Assembly: GCF_001194135.2 (NCBI RefSeq)
Contig: NC_068982.1
Span: 86,117,692-86,181,691 of the forward strand
From: Octopus bimaculoides
Taxonomy: Eukaryota
DNA length: 64,000 nt
Direction of reading: 5' to 3'
The position numbers and the translations under genes were made by a program. Shown one piece after another: positions 22,358 through 34,666 of the stretch; position 1 is the stretch's first letter, and the number at the start of each line of letters is the position of its first letter. The notes below the pieces were generated by a model that was not told where the DNA came from, did no database searches, and saw only the letters and a program-made list of their open reading frames with translations.

Positions 22358-24135
22358 TTCTCGTTCGCGGGTGATTTCTACCAGCAGTTCTTGGGAGTGG
22401 CCATGGGAATGAGAATGGGCAACAACTATGCGAACCTGTTCGTTGGCTATGTTGAGGCACAAATATTCTCAAGTTTCACTGGTCCTACTCCCGAACTATA
22501 TGGCCGTTATATTGATGACTGCATCAGTGCCACCTCACTCTCCTGCGAACATCTTGATTCGTTCCTCTCTTTTGTCAAATCCTTCCATCCTGCCCTCCAC
22601 TTCTCCTGCACTATCTCTGACACCTCTGTCGCCTTTCTTGACATTTCGGTCAGCATTCATCACTCCACTCTTACCACCTCCATCCACTACAAACACACAG
22701 ACTCACACTCTTATCTTAACTTCTCCCCCTCCCACCCTAAACACACCAAGCTTTCTATCCCTTATTCCCAATTCTTCCGTCTACGCAAGCTCTGTAGTGA
22801 CAACCATGACTTTGAGACTCAGTCACAACTCATGGCTCACCACTTCATCCTACGTGGATATCCCTCATCACCATCCACACTGCCCTTGCCAGAGCACGTT
22901 CCATGGGCCGTGCATCTGCTCTCTCCCCCTGAACCTGCTCTACTGTCTCCCGCCTCTCTTTTCCCCTCACCTACCATCCCACCACCCTACCTCTCCAACG
23001 CACCATTCTCCGACCCCTCCACCTCACACATCTTCCCTAACCGACCCCTCCCCTCCTTCAAATGAGCCCACAACCTACGAGACCTCTTGGTCCACAGCTT
23101 CTTCCCCAAACCAACCTCTCAATCTGGCTCATTCCCTTGTNNNNNNNNNNNNNNNNNNNNNNNNNNNNNNNNNNNNNNNNNNNNNNNNNNNNNNNNNNNN
23201 NNNNNNNNNNNNNNNNNNNNNNNNNNNNNNNNNNNNNNNNNNNNNNNNNNNNNNNNNNNNNNNNNNNNNNNNNNNNNNNNNNNNNNNNNNNNNNNNNNNN
23301 NNNNNNNNNNNNNNNNNNNNNNNNNNNNNNNNNNNNNNNNNNNNNNNNNNNNNNNNNNNNNNNNNNNNNNNNNNNNNNNNNNNNNNNNNNNNNNNNNNNN
23401 NNNNNNNNNNNNNNNNNNNNNNNNNNNNNNNNNNNNNNNNNNNNNNNNNNNNNNNNNNNNNNNNNNNNNNNNNNNNNNNNNNNNNNNNNNNNNNNNNNNN
23501 NNNNNNNNNNNNNNNNNNNNNNNNNNNNNNNNNNNNNNNNNNNNNNNNNNNNNNNNNNNNNNNNNNNNNNNNNNNNNNNNNNNNNNNNNNNNNNNNNNNN
23601 NNNNNNNNNNNNNNNNNNNNNNNNNNNNNNNNNNNNNNNNNNNNNNNNNNNNNNNNNNNNNNNNNNNNNNNNNNNNNNNNNNNNNNNNNNNNNNNNNNNN
23701 NNNNNNNNNNNNNNNNNNNNNNNNNNNNNNNNNNNNNNNNNNNNNNNNNNNNNNNNNNNNNNNNNNNNNNNNNNNNNNNNNNNNNNNNNNNNNNNNNNNN
23801 NNNNNNNNNNNNNNNNCACCATATCACACAACACACCACCACGCACACACAAGCACTAACCAATTCCCATCCCCACATTTTCACACCTTCACACCTACAT
23901 ACACACATGCATACATTAAGATCACCAGCATTCTCTCACACACACGCACCTTTTTGTCTTGGGTTCACCACTTCTTTGTTATCTCCCCTTTTTCTTAGCT
24001 CTCCTGTGTGATTCTTCTGTCCGGCATTTGCCATGATAGATCGCTGACCACTACATTTATTTTTTTCTCTCCTTGTTTCTTTCTGTGTTCCTTTCTGCCT
24101 TTTTTATATGCTGCCTTCTCAGTTTTTTTGACGTT
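22358..24135 (+). mobile_element. Penelope-like element, probably Neptune type, 5'-truncated; endonuclease region probably in the gap
   Basis: FYQQFLGVAMGMRMGNNYANLFVG, YGRYIDD, FLDISV, SHSYLNFSPSHPKHTKLSIPYSQFFRLRKLCS and ILRGYP. Pyrimidine-rich 3' region after the gap. Confidence 0.85.
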
Positions 24136-24139
24136 TCTT

Positions 24140-24575
24140 CTATTATTCAGTTTTTTTTTAGTTCATTATGATATGTGGTTTGTGCCTAAAGAATATGAAC
24201 TTTTTAAGGTTAGTCTCCAAAAGTTAGTACTATCTGCTTCTGTTCAGGTATGGCCCAGGCTGTTGGAGCACTTAGAAGATGATTTTGTGCAGCATTCCTT
24301 CCTTTTTCAATTATTATATATATAGTTGGTTAATATTGTAACATTGAGCCTCATCTGGATCCAAAAAGAGGGCCTGTGATTATGTAGCCTGGCCTTAAAG
24401 AAGTCCTTCATTGCCCCAACATATTTCTCTGTGTGTGTGAGTGTACCCCCTCTATTGTTGTTGCTGTTGCTGTTACTGTTGTAGGACAACACTACCTCTG
24501 CTTTGTAGACCATAGCCTGTGTTGCAGTGACCATTCACTGAGCACTCACTTGTAATCTTACATGGCTATCCAGCT
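24140..24575 (-). mobile_element. Decayed Naiad-type GIY-YIG endonuclease fragment
   Basis: Minus strand reads ...MVYKAEV...KYVGAMKDFFKARLHNHRPSF...TILTNYIY, which parallels the GIY-YIG at 62236-62541. Confidence 0.65.
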
Positions 24576-24591
24576 TCTGCTTCCAGCTGGC

Positions 24592-24652
24592 ATGTCTGAA
24601 GAGTTGTCAGTATTGCTAAGTGCAATAGAAGACATGAAACTAATGGTAACAT
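24592..24652 (+). ncRNA. Type I hammerhead ribozyme motif, probably in an inverted pLTR
   Basis: AUGU-CUGAAGA-GUUGUC..UAUUGC/GCAAUA..GACAU-GAAA-C UAAUG GUA-ACAU. Stem I AUGU/ACAU, GUA cleavage triplet, and G10.1-U11.1 instead of G-C. Confidence 0.65.
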
Positions 24653-24759
24653 TGTGATCAGCTATATGTCATAACCAGAAAGATACTATTCAACAATATA
24701 AAAGAATATACACATATATATCATAAACATTTCAATGTTCAGTTTTCCATGCTCACATT

Positions 24760-25120
24760 GAAGCAGATTTTCTATGGTCAGGTGCCCCTTCCTGTCACCA
24801 ACCCATACCAATTTCCAAGCAAAGTAATATTCCCCCATCGTTAGACATGTTTTCAAGGAAGATTGGAAGCAAAGGAAGCTGCTTAAATGACAGTGACACT
24901 CGTTTACAACTATCATATGATGTCAGGACAAGCAGACTCTAGCCATGCTAGGGCACCACCCTAAAGAATTTTAGTCACACAAATTGACCCTAGTACTTAT
25001 TGTATTGGTCTATTTTGCTGAACTGTTAAGTTACAGAGACATATACACACCAACACCAGTTGTCAAGTATTAGTGGAGTACGAACACAGATCCACACACA
25101 CATACATGTCCAGGTAGCGA
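24760..25120. mobile_element. Degenerate SINE and RTE-tail fragments
   Basis: Partial similarity to the SINE and RTE 3' families elsewhere in the window. Confidence 0.55.
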
Positions 25121-25239
25121 TAATACCTTATGTTTTCTGCAGCAGTATCTTTAAGGATGGACTGGTACACCGGTTCTCACCTGACTCTCACTTTTGCCAG
25201 CAGGCTAAATTTAGTGAGAGGAGATGGGCACTGCCAAGC

Positions 25240-26410
25240 ATTTCTGAAGTCCACTGAAATGCCATAAACACACAAACAAGACTTAACATGCCAGATTGGT
25301 CGTGGCCCAGAAAACCAACAACCACATTCTCCACTGCCAGTTTCCAGGGTGGAAGCGAACAATGTGCAACTCAGATGACGACAACAACAACAGTGACAAT
25401 GACATCTACACTGACTACTTTCAACTTTCCCAAGACAATACTGTCTTTGGAACATGGAATGTCCATACTCTGCATACTTGTGGAAGGATGAAGAAACTTA
25501 TGAATTTAGCAGGTGCACCTGAAATATCCAAGGGCTGGCTGAAATCCGATGAACTGGATTTGATGAGACAACAACAGATGAAGGCTACAAACGGTGGTAC
25601 AGCAGAGATGACACCAAGTATGAACATGGAGGGGGATTCACTGTTAACAAAGCCTGAGTAAGTTCAGTCATCAGCTGCACATCAGTATCCAGCAGGCTCT
25701 TACTATACATGTGGCTGGAAGACCACAGAATATTAGTAACATACAAGTCTGTGCACCAACACTTGAACATGATAATAATGTCCTTGAGGAATTCTATGAG
25801 GACCTGGAGAAAATGACCATGGCAGCTCCTAAAAATGAAGTCCTCATTGTTCTAGGAGACTGGAATGCCAAAGTAGGTCTGGATGCATATGACCAATGAG
25901 TTGAAACAGTGGGACAATTCAGGATCAGAGAAACCAATGATCATGGACTGTGACTCCAGCAAGCACAAGCTGACACTAGCCATCACACACTTCCCACACA
26001 AGACCTTGTGCAGAACAATATGGCATGCACCCAACAGTAGGAATCACAACAAAATTGACTTCATCCTCACATTTCAAAAACTCAAATCCAGCATCAGCAA
26101 GGTTAGAACTAGGGCTTTCCCTGGTGCTGATGTCAACAATAATCATAATTTGGTCATGATGACAATGAGGTTCAAACTGAAAAGGATCCACAAGAAAAAA
26201 GCAACATGTATTAGGTTTGATGTAGATAAATTGAAAGATCCTAGGGGCACATCAGAATTTGAGGTGAAAGTGGATGGCAAGTCTGAAGCCCTTAACCTTC
26301 AGGAAAATAATATAAACTCCTTGACTAACAACATCAAGGAAGCACTTCAGGAAATGGCCCTGGAAGTGCTAGGGAGAAAAGGAATGAAAAGAAACCATAG
26401 AAAAATCTGA
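25240..26410 (+). mobile_element. RTE LINE 5' fragment (APE endonuclease)
   Basis: FGTWNVHTL, QVCAPTLEH..EEFYEDL, VLIVLGDWNAKVG and NHNKIDFIL...DVNNNHNLV motifs. Confidence 0.85.
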
Positions 26411-26889
26411 GTGAGAGCAAAGCTTTCAGTTGTGTCTTGCAGAAGAACATTCTAATAAACTTGACTACACATAAGGTTAATCTTTCTCTCATCTTTTGGA
26501 TATTCATCAACTGGGCTGGCTTTCCTTGATCCACACATTATCAACTCTGATTTCTTAAAATTTGATTATGTTTCACACTCTTTTCTCTCTCTACATTATT
26601 AACCTTCTTACAGCTATTTCTAACGATTTACACTCTTATACAGATTACTCTCATTAACATTTTTCACACAAGTGCCATCTATATGTAGCTATAATGCCAC
26701 ATGTCTAACATAAATGTTTTTATAAATACTGAAAACAACTTGAAATTTTGAAAACTAGTTCATTTCAATAAAATAGGCACAATCACAACATATTTCAGTG
26801 AAACAGTCTTGCTTTACAATCTTTTTTTTTTCTCTTTTTGTTGATGATGAATAAACAACTAAAATCCTCAAAGTTACTTGAAATGTAAA

Positions 26890-27175
26890 TTTTGAAATTT
26901 CTGATAAGCTTCCCTGGTCCTAACTCATTTACAACACAACAAAAAACAGTAGAATCTCAAAGACTAGATAACAGTTCAGTCCAAATAATTACTGACCCTT
27001 TGCAAAGCAAAATTCACCATACATTAGAATATCAATTACATATTTGGGAGGGTACTGCTACATATACAAACACTGTAGACCATATCAAATTAAAAACTAT
27101 CCAATTTATTAACAAACTTTCACTCACCAATACCCTTCAGTATGGGTGTGCCATATGGGTAGCTAGTGCCTGAAA
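26890..27175 (+). mobile_element. Old LINE RT C-terminal remnant (CR1/L2/Jockey-like)
   Basis: KIHHTLEYQLHIWEG...VDHIKLKTIQFINKLSLTNTLQ resembles the RPxLEY..W...L..IQ region. Confidence 0.4.
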
Positions 27176-27189
27176 CTACAAATATTATG

Positions 27190-27412
27190 GCCTATATATT
27201 ATAGACTAAAACTATAAATGTTGGTATGAATACAAATTTATAGTCAGGGCAGAAGAATATCTTTGAATCAGCTGTCCATAGTTATTCTTCACTTCACTGA
27301 CTTTGAAAGAAATGTTCAAATTTGCTGGGCAACTAAGCTCTATAACTGTACATGGCTTTTCTTTTTTGTCCCGAATAACTATGTTAGGTCTGTTATGTTT
27401 GCACTTGGTCAA
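27190..27412 (-). mobile_element. R4/Dong-like RLE endonuclease fragment
   Basis: KCKHNRPNIVIRDKKEKPCTVIELSCPANLNISFKVSEVKNNYGQL. Confidence 0.8.
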
Positions 27413-27413
27413 G

Positions 27414-28385
27414 AGCCCGGGAACAGGGGCTGCACTTGCACCCCCTAGAATTTTTAGTGGTGCAAAATCAAAATTTGCTAAGTTCAGAAAATAGTGTCTA
27501 AAAATTGATCTGTAAAAGTTGCTTCAAGTTATATTTCTTTACAAATCAAAAACAAAGGACAAAAATGAATTGAAAAGGTGAGGAGTACTCCTGGAGAGAA
27601 GGGCAGACATATTGCTAAAAAGTGCCAAAAAGTGATTGACACCAATACTGGCCAACAACAGATTAATGATATTACAAAAGTTCTTAAAGGGGCAAATAAA
27701 CAATATGTTGAAAAGCTCTCGCTAAGTGATACAGCATCTTTCAGACATGCACCTTTGACATTGGTCAAAGTTGAAAGGTCTTTTTCAAAACTAAAACATA
27801 TGCTTTCAGATTGAAGGTTGAATTTGACCTGTGAAAACGTAAAAAAAGCTTATAGTGACGTCTTGTAATAATACCTATTGTAATGGTGGTGATGTATAAA
27901 CGTTTTTGGTTACTGCGGTTTGGCACTGTTTTCTTAGTTTTATTTTATTTCTATTTTTAGAAAGAGTGTTCTCTTTTCTATCTGTCTGTTTTCTTATAAC
28001 TTTTTCGTTTCATACGGATTATAAATTCCATTCATCAAATTGTACAAAATTATGTTATCTTATTTAACATTGTAATAAACATTTTCAGTTTTGACAAATT
28101 TCAATTTTATTGCCTGTGTTATAAACACTTTCTACTGAAAAATAAACAGGCTTAACCCTTGCTTCATGACTATATATACAATCCTATCAGCATATCTCAT
28201 TAAGCAATACTTCCTCTTCATTATACAATTCTAATTTTTAGTACCATAAACACCTATGTACCCTATAAATACTATGTTTACTTGTTTAAATTCCTGTTTG
28301 TTAGTGGTATAAATGCCGGTTTTAATGCAATAAATGCCTGCCATACATGCCTCTTTTTAAGTGCCTTAATGTCTTGCCCTTAGTT
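27414..28385 (+). mobile_element. hAT-like DNA transposon 3' remnant
   Basis: ASFRHAPLTLVKVERSFSKLKHMLSD*RLNLTCENV resembles the hAT dimerisation motif (TS..VERSFS). Ends are uncertain. Confidence 0.6.
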
Positions 28386-28389
28386 ATTA

Positions 28390-29227
28390 GCATATCCTGT
28401 GAGAGAGTTGAGAATATTCTGCACAATGAACTTGGTTCATGCTCGATGGGTGACACCTGATCAAAAGTGCATCAGGTTGATCACATTATAGGAATATCTG
28501 ACATTGTTTGAGGCAGATCCAGCTAGTTTCCTTGAACGTTTTCTAGGATGTGTGTTGGCTTCATCACTTTGAACAGAAACAAAGAGATAATCTATGCAGT
28601 AGAAACACTCCTCTTCACCCGCTCCAAAGAAGGCCGGAAAGGTGATGGCCTCAGTTTTTGGACTACAAAAGGCATTCTGTTTATTGACTATCTTCAAACT
28701 GATCACACCATCAATGGAGAGTTCTGTGCCAACTTGCTAAGGCAGTTACGAAAGGCTATCAAGACCAAACGCCCAGAAAAACTGATGAAGGGGGTCTTGT
28801 CTCATTAGGACAATGCTTCAGTAGACAAGTCCTTGGTTTCAATGGTTGCTGTGCATGACTGGCTTTGAACTGGTTGATCACTCTCTTTATTTTAGGGATT
28901 TGGGTCCATCTGACTATCGTCTGTTTCCCAACATGAAAAAACCCTTGGCTGGGCACCAGTATCACAGGCACTTATCGATCTTAATGTTAGTGCAGATTGT
29001 TCAGCAAATGCTTTGTCTGAACATGTTTTAAATGCACCAGGTCTTATCTGCTGTTGACTTATTTGACCAACAGAATAGCTTCTTCACCAATGTAATACAA
29101 GCACTACTACACAGATAGAAGAAGTGTGTGAACAGTAAGAGGAACTAAGTTAAAAAATGAATTTCATTTGGTTACATTCCATGGAGGTGTCTAGCTCAGC
29201 CTATGAACTTTTTAGCCAACCCTCATA
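28390..29227 (+). mobile_element. mariner fragment with 3' TIR
   Basis: GILFIDYLQTDHTING..YANLL, DNAS and DLGPSDYRLFPNMKK. Ends in GAACTTTTTAGCCAACCCTCA-TA. Confidence 0.82.
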
Positions 29228-29254
29228 ATAATAAAAATTATTATTATATCTGCA

Positions 29255-29460
29255 TTTAAGGCAGTGAGCTGGCAGAATCATTAGCACACTGGGCATTTTG
29301 TTTGTCTTTATGTTCTGAGTTCAAATTCCACCGAAGCCAACTTTGCCATTCATCCTTAAGGGGTTAATAAATTGTGTACCAGTCAAATACTGGAGTTGAT
29401 GTGATTGACTATCCCCTTCCCCCACAAATTTCAGGCCATATACCTATAGTAAAAAGAAGG
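29255..29460 (+). mobile_element. Second tRNA-derived SINE family
   Basis: A-box-like TGGCAGAATC and B-box-like GAGTTCAAATTCC, followed by a non-tRNA body. Confidence 0.7.
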
Positions 29461-29696
29461 AGAAAGGATTATACTGGCATTTGCTTTAATATTAACAATG
29501 AAAAAAAATCCACATTTTTCTGAAAATATTTTGCACCCCCTAAGCNNNNNNNNNNNNNNNNNNNNNNNNNNNNNNNNNNNNNNNNNNNNNNNNNNNNNNN
29601 NNNNNNNNNNNNNNNNNNNNNNNNNNNNNNNNNNNNNNNNNNNNNNNNNNNNNNNNNNNNNNNNNNNNNNNNNNNNNNNNNNNNNNNNNNNNNNNA

Positions 29697-30590
29697 TATA
29701 TATGTATTTCAGAACAGTCCTTTTTGCAGATGACATTGTGTATTGTTTTAGCAACAGCATCATGTTGCAGTGGGAAGTAGTATCTTGATGACATTTTTGG
29801 ACAGCAGTTGTGTTGTCTTCCACAGAAGAGTGACAAAATCAATAGTTGTGGTTACATCTTAGGGTTTTAAGGATTTCACTGTTATGTTTGTTCATGAGAT
29901 ATTTTGTAGCTATCTCCTGCTGTCAGTTTGCAAAAGTGTAGCCTTCAAGATGTAACATGATGTAGCTGTCATGAATCCAAGAGAAGCCACACTTCATGCT
30001 TTATATTGTTATCCTAGAAAAGGATGATAATATTAGCATGTTTTACAGGAAACATACCTATGCATAACTTTGGTGGTATGTAGACTGTTTCTCTTCAAGG
30101 TCTCTGCTGAGATGTGTGAGCCTAGCACTTCTGGGTTCATATTGGATGTCATCAAGGTATGAGCATTTCTTGAAGAGTTCACTGCCAACCCACAGAATTG
30201 CCTTTTTGTTTTTTTAGCAGATGCTGTTTGAGTGACATTATTAAGCACTTGAAGGTTGTCTGTACTGATCTTAAACTTCTTATTCCCTCTCTTCTTCTAA
30301 GATAGAATTTGTTTCTGTGAAAATTTGCTGTCAATGTCAAGCTCATGCAGGTTTTAATATCTATAGAACAGATTTTCTCTACAGACCCGCCAAGCATCTC
30401 AAATTTTGATATGAGTATGGGTACTGCAAATGCATTGTGGGATATTGTCTTATATAGGAATAAAGTTCTTACTGCTATATCTCTTTGATTACTCTTCCCT
30501 GGTTCACATTGCCAGTGTATGATATATTCATATAAATACTTACATATCTGTTGTATTTTTGTGGAACAGGGGAGACAGAGAGAGTATTGA
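29697..30590 (-). mobile_element. R4/Dong-like LINE, post-RT region and CCHC zinc knuckle
   Basis: KFYLRRREGIRSLRSVQ and CPKMSSRYYFPLQHDAVAKTIHNVICKK motifs. Confidence 0.78.
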
Positions 30591-30998
30591 CACAACTTTG
30601 CAGGTTAACTATTAGTTTTTCTTTTAGAAAAATGATATCTTTCATCACAGGCTTTTAAAATAAAATGAAAAATTTATTGTAGATCTATTGATTTCAAGAC
30701 TAAATTCATTGTAAATATTTATTTACATTTTAAACAGATTTATGAAGAGGAGTAAAACTATGAAAATGAGAACTAGGTTTTTTTTAATTACTCATATATC
30801 TACTTTTTATATTTCCACATTTCAGTGTGTTTGCTGAGTAGTTTTTCTAAAGATACATACTTCAATTTTTAGCTTGTAACTGAAGATGACTTTCTATTAA
30901 AGTAAACTTCAGTATATAACAATGCAAAAGGGGAAACAATTGAGATTAACAATTAAAATTTAGATATAAAAAAGATGGAGGAAGAAAATACTACTAAC

Positions 30999-31228
30999 CC
31001 AAAATTGGCATATTGATCAACAAATACACCAAGTTCCATTAGGAAAGCATCAGAGATACTTGGCAAAACCATACTGTCTGAGGGAGCAGGAGGTTGCAAA
31101 AATGTATTTGTCAAACTAAATGCATTAGCTTTTGAGGTATCATTACAATCAGAAGCATTTTCTGCTAATTCTGTTAGTTCTGGCATTTTCATGTGTTTCA
31201 TTTGTTCACGTTTTCTGGCAAGATTATT
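30999..31228 (-). CDS. 230-nt internal exon of the minus-strand gene
   Basis: Acceptor TTTTGTTTTTTCCTCAG| and donor GG|GTTAGT. Frame NNLARKREQMKHMKMPELTELAENASDCNDTSKANAFSLTNTFLQPPAPSDSMVLPSISDAFLMELGVFVDQYANFG, phase 0-2. Confidence 0.85.
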
Positions 31229-31389
31229 CTGAGGAAAAAACAAAATAGAAAAAAAATATTAATAATTTAGAAAAATTGATAAATTCTTATATGAACCAAC
31301 TACAAACTTTTACTGTAACAAAGATACATTTCTCCTAAATGAATCAACCTATAAAAATACTTAATGAACTTAAACAGTATTGTTTTCAC

Positions 31390-31429
31390 CAGTCTGGGGT
31401 TCTGAAAATGGGTATGGTTATTGCTCAAG
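31390..31429 (-). CDS. Candidate 40-nt exon
   Basis: TATTTATTAG|...CTG|GTGAAA. The sole open frame LSNNHTHFQNPRL ends in phase 0, matching the exon at 31228. Confidence 0.3.
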
Positions 31430-31850
31430 CTAATAAATATTATAAATTAACTTAACATTAAAATGGTATCGATGCTTATGTCTAAAATGAAAAGAATCTA
31501 AATATTGTATTTTTATTTATCATAAAAGAAAAAAAACATTTTGAGATATCTAATCCCACACCTGTTAAGTAGGTTTGGGATCAGATATCTCAAGAAATCT
31601 TTTGAACTCAATGTTATGAAGACAGCTTAAAGAATATTCCCCACCACACACACACACACACACACACATGCAGTTATTGGGTTATTGTTCTGGTGAAGCT
31701 TTGAGTCATTGCTGATTGAGCTCTCCTATGGCATGCAAGTAGTTGGTTGAATGTTTAGACATAACATATCTTTTGTTCTGAATATATCATGTTGATACAT
31801 TGACATACAGCGACAAACCATATGGAGTACACTGTGACAGTTTTATCATG

Positions 31851-33085
31851 TACATGGTGCATTGGTTTTTTGAAGATACCTCTTTCAAGAGGTCTTTCTT
31901 CTAACTTTTTTTTTACCTTAATTTTCAGATAAATAATGCTCTGAGCTGAAACTAAAAATAAAAAAATTTTTTAAAAAAATCATTTTCACTCAGTAAATGG
32001 AAAGGCCCACTGTAATTGTTGCCTTAAAAACACAGTGTAATGATACTGGAATAGCTCACTTCCTGAAAGTTTTGAATCCTTAGCTGTCAAAGTTTGAAAG
32101 GAGCTGGAATCTGTTGATGGAGATTCAACACCAGCAGCTAAATGTAAAATGCATGCACAGGATCCTAATACCATCAGAACACATAACCTTATACAAAAAG
32201 TCCAAGAAATAATCAATGAAAACTCCAGAAAGTCAATCAGAGCCATTGCAAAGGACCTCTAAGTTTCAGAATGCACTATCAGAAGAGTTGTGCATGAGGA
32301 CATCCAGTACAAGTCACACATGATGTGGAGGGGTCAGTTTATGTTGGATGTGATAAGAGAAATCATTCACTCCATACAAGTGCTTGCTAAACAAGTCAAA
32401 ATACCTAGAGGCTGGAATCTTTGGTTTTTCAGTCAGGACCAAAAGGTAAAGTGAATGAAAAGCATATGGCTACACAGAGACCCAAATTAGGTTCCAACGG
32501 TCATGCACACTAAGTTCTCAGTAACCGTGATGGTTTGGGGAGTTATCAGCAACAGTGGAGATGTCATGCCTCTTCACTGTTTTTCACAGGGTTTAAGAGT
32601 CAATACCACTGTCTACACAGAGATGTTGTAGAAATTTGTGAGGCCCTGAATAGACAGAGTACACAATGGAAGACTACATATTTCAATAAGATGCTGTGCT
32701 GTCTCATAAAGCAAGGACAACCCAAGCATAGATGCATGCCAAACTCCATGACCATGTTCTTCCAGATACATGGCCTCCTAGTGCACCAAACCTCAATCTA
32801 CTGGACTATTACATTTGGGCATAGTCAAAACAGAGGTCAATCAACACCTTCATAACACCATACAATCTCTTAAGTCCATCATAATCATCACTGTGTCCAA
32901 AATTGATAAAGATCACCTGATTCAGGCATGTCAACACTTCCAACCTTATATTGAAGCAACTATTGATGCTAATGGTGGAATCATTGAATAAGTGTATATG
33001 TTTCAAATACAGCATTTCTTTGATGAGCAATGTGTCTTTTTTTTGAATCCATACAAATGACCTCAAAAAGCTGATGTCCTATGTA
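31851..33085 (+). mobile_element. DD37D (maT-like) transposon, decayed
   Basis: Homologous to 58380-59600 (HTKFSVTVMV, WPPSAPNLNLLDY), with degenerate TIRs starting TACATGGTG. Confidence 0.78.
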
Positions 33086-34254
33086 TTCTCTCCACTGTTA
33101 AGTCTATCTCTGGTTTGTGGTCACAGCTAAAGTGATTCTAAAGTAAGTAAAGTGGACTTGGTATGTTGTTTCATTCTCTGCACCTATCACTGGCAGTATG
33201 CATCCCAACACAGTGCATAGAGATATTCAAGTTATTGGTAATGTTGCTACTATTTTTGTGTATATGTGAAATCATTTATGTTAATCCAAGCTGATGGGGA
33301 AAGAGATAGGATCTTAGGGTTGTGTTCTATAGTGTCTTATATATGTATAGTTCTATAGTGTCTTATATATGTATGTTTAGTGTGACAACAATATAGCAGT
33401 CTTAATTTTAATATTTTTATATTTAGTTTGTTGTTTGTGAAGGAAGTCTATGTATAAATTACTATGAAATGTAGTAAACTTTGTAGCTTATTAAGGTTTC
33501 CTCTGGAGAAATGGGGACTCGAGCAGGGTAGGTATAATCCATTGACTGAATGCCATTGTCATCTCTTTCTGTAGGTTATATGTGGTAGCTGTGAGTATCC
33601 TAAGGGCATTTGTGTGTCATATTGCTTTCTTCACTATGTTACATTCTTACTGTTGTGGAGGTGTTTCATTTAACTTCTAATACTTTTGTCTTCTATGCTT
33701 GTGTTGCTCGAGCGCAACAGTTGTCTTTGACATTTCTTAGAGTTACTTGTAAGAATAAAGGTAGTGAAATAAGTTATATTTTAAGCCTTTTGTATTAGAA
33801 CAAAGTTTCTATGGGATTGATATGTGTTGGATTAGTTATATAGTTGTATCTGGATGATTGTGAATGAGATATAGTGAGTATGAGGCTATGCATATATTTT
33901 GAGGAGAGGTGGGAAGTTTGTGCAGATATAGGTTGAAAAAAATTAGTGAGAGGATGAATCCTTGTGTTAACCTTGATAGAATCAGTAATTAATCAAAATG
34001 TATGTGATTGTAAGCTTGGTTCACAGAATTATGTACACACATACACACTTAATAACTAAAGAGCCAGAAATGCACATCTGAGAATTCATAGAGGGAATCA
34101 CTGAGCAGATATGGTGTTTTGAAACCTTTTACCATAAGAGAGATTATTTTTCCACAGTAACTTCAGTGAATTTGCCTTTAGAAGTTAAAATATGTCAGAA
34201 ACATATTTAACTAACCTTAAGTTCATTTATACTTCATCACTGCTCGGCACTGAT

Positions 34255-34665
34255 GCTCCTATATCATTATCATCATCATTTAACAACTGTTTGCCATGCT
34301 GGCTTGACAGAAGCTGGCAATCCAGAGGACTACACCGTCCTCTACTGTCTGTTTTGATATGGTTTTTGCAATTGGATGCCTTTCCTAATGCCAACCACTT
34401 TACAGATTGGACTGGGTGTTTTTCACATGGCGCCAGCACTAGTGAGGTCTGTTTTGGCATGGTTTTTACAGCTAGATGCCCTTCCTAACACCAGCTACTT
34501 TACAGAGTGGACTAGGTGCTTTTCACGTGGCACCAGCACTGGCAAAGTCTGTTTTGGCATGGCTTTTTTTATGGTGGAATATTCTTCCTAATGCCAACCA
34601 CTTTTCAGTGTGGACTGGATGTTTTTTACATGTCACCAGCACTGGCAAAGTCACCAAGTAACTTG
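34255..34665 (-). mobile_element. RTE-tail-related short element with an internal 100-bp triplication
   Basis: (GAT)n tail at about 34260-34280. Units begin at about 34351, 34451 and 34551. Confidence 0.8.
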
Positions 34666-34666
34666 C

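Noticed and set aside
31919-31947. Apparent minus-strand exon with AAG|GTAAAA donor
   Set aside because: It lies inside the 5' UTR of the DD37D element at 31851-33085.
33100-34000. Possible decayed retroelement (also 47900-49130)
   Set aside because: Only strand-composition bias and faint motif hints, so the family is not assignable by eye.
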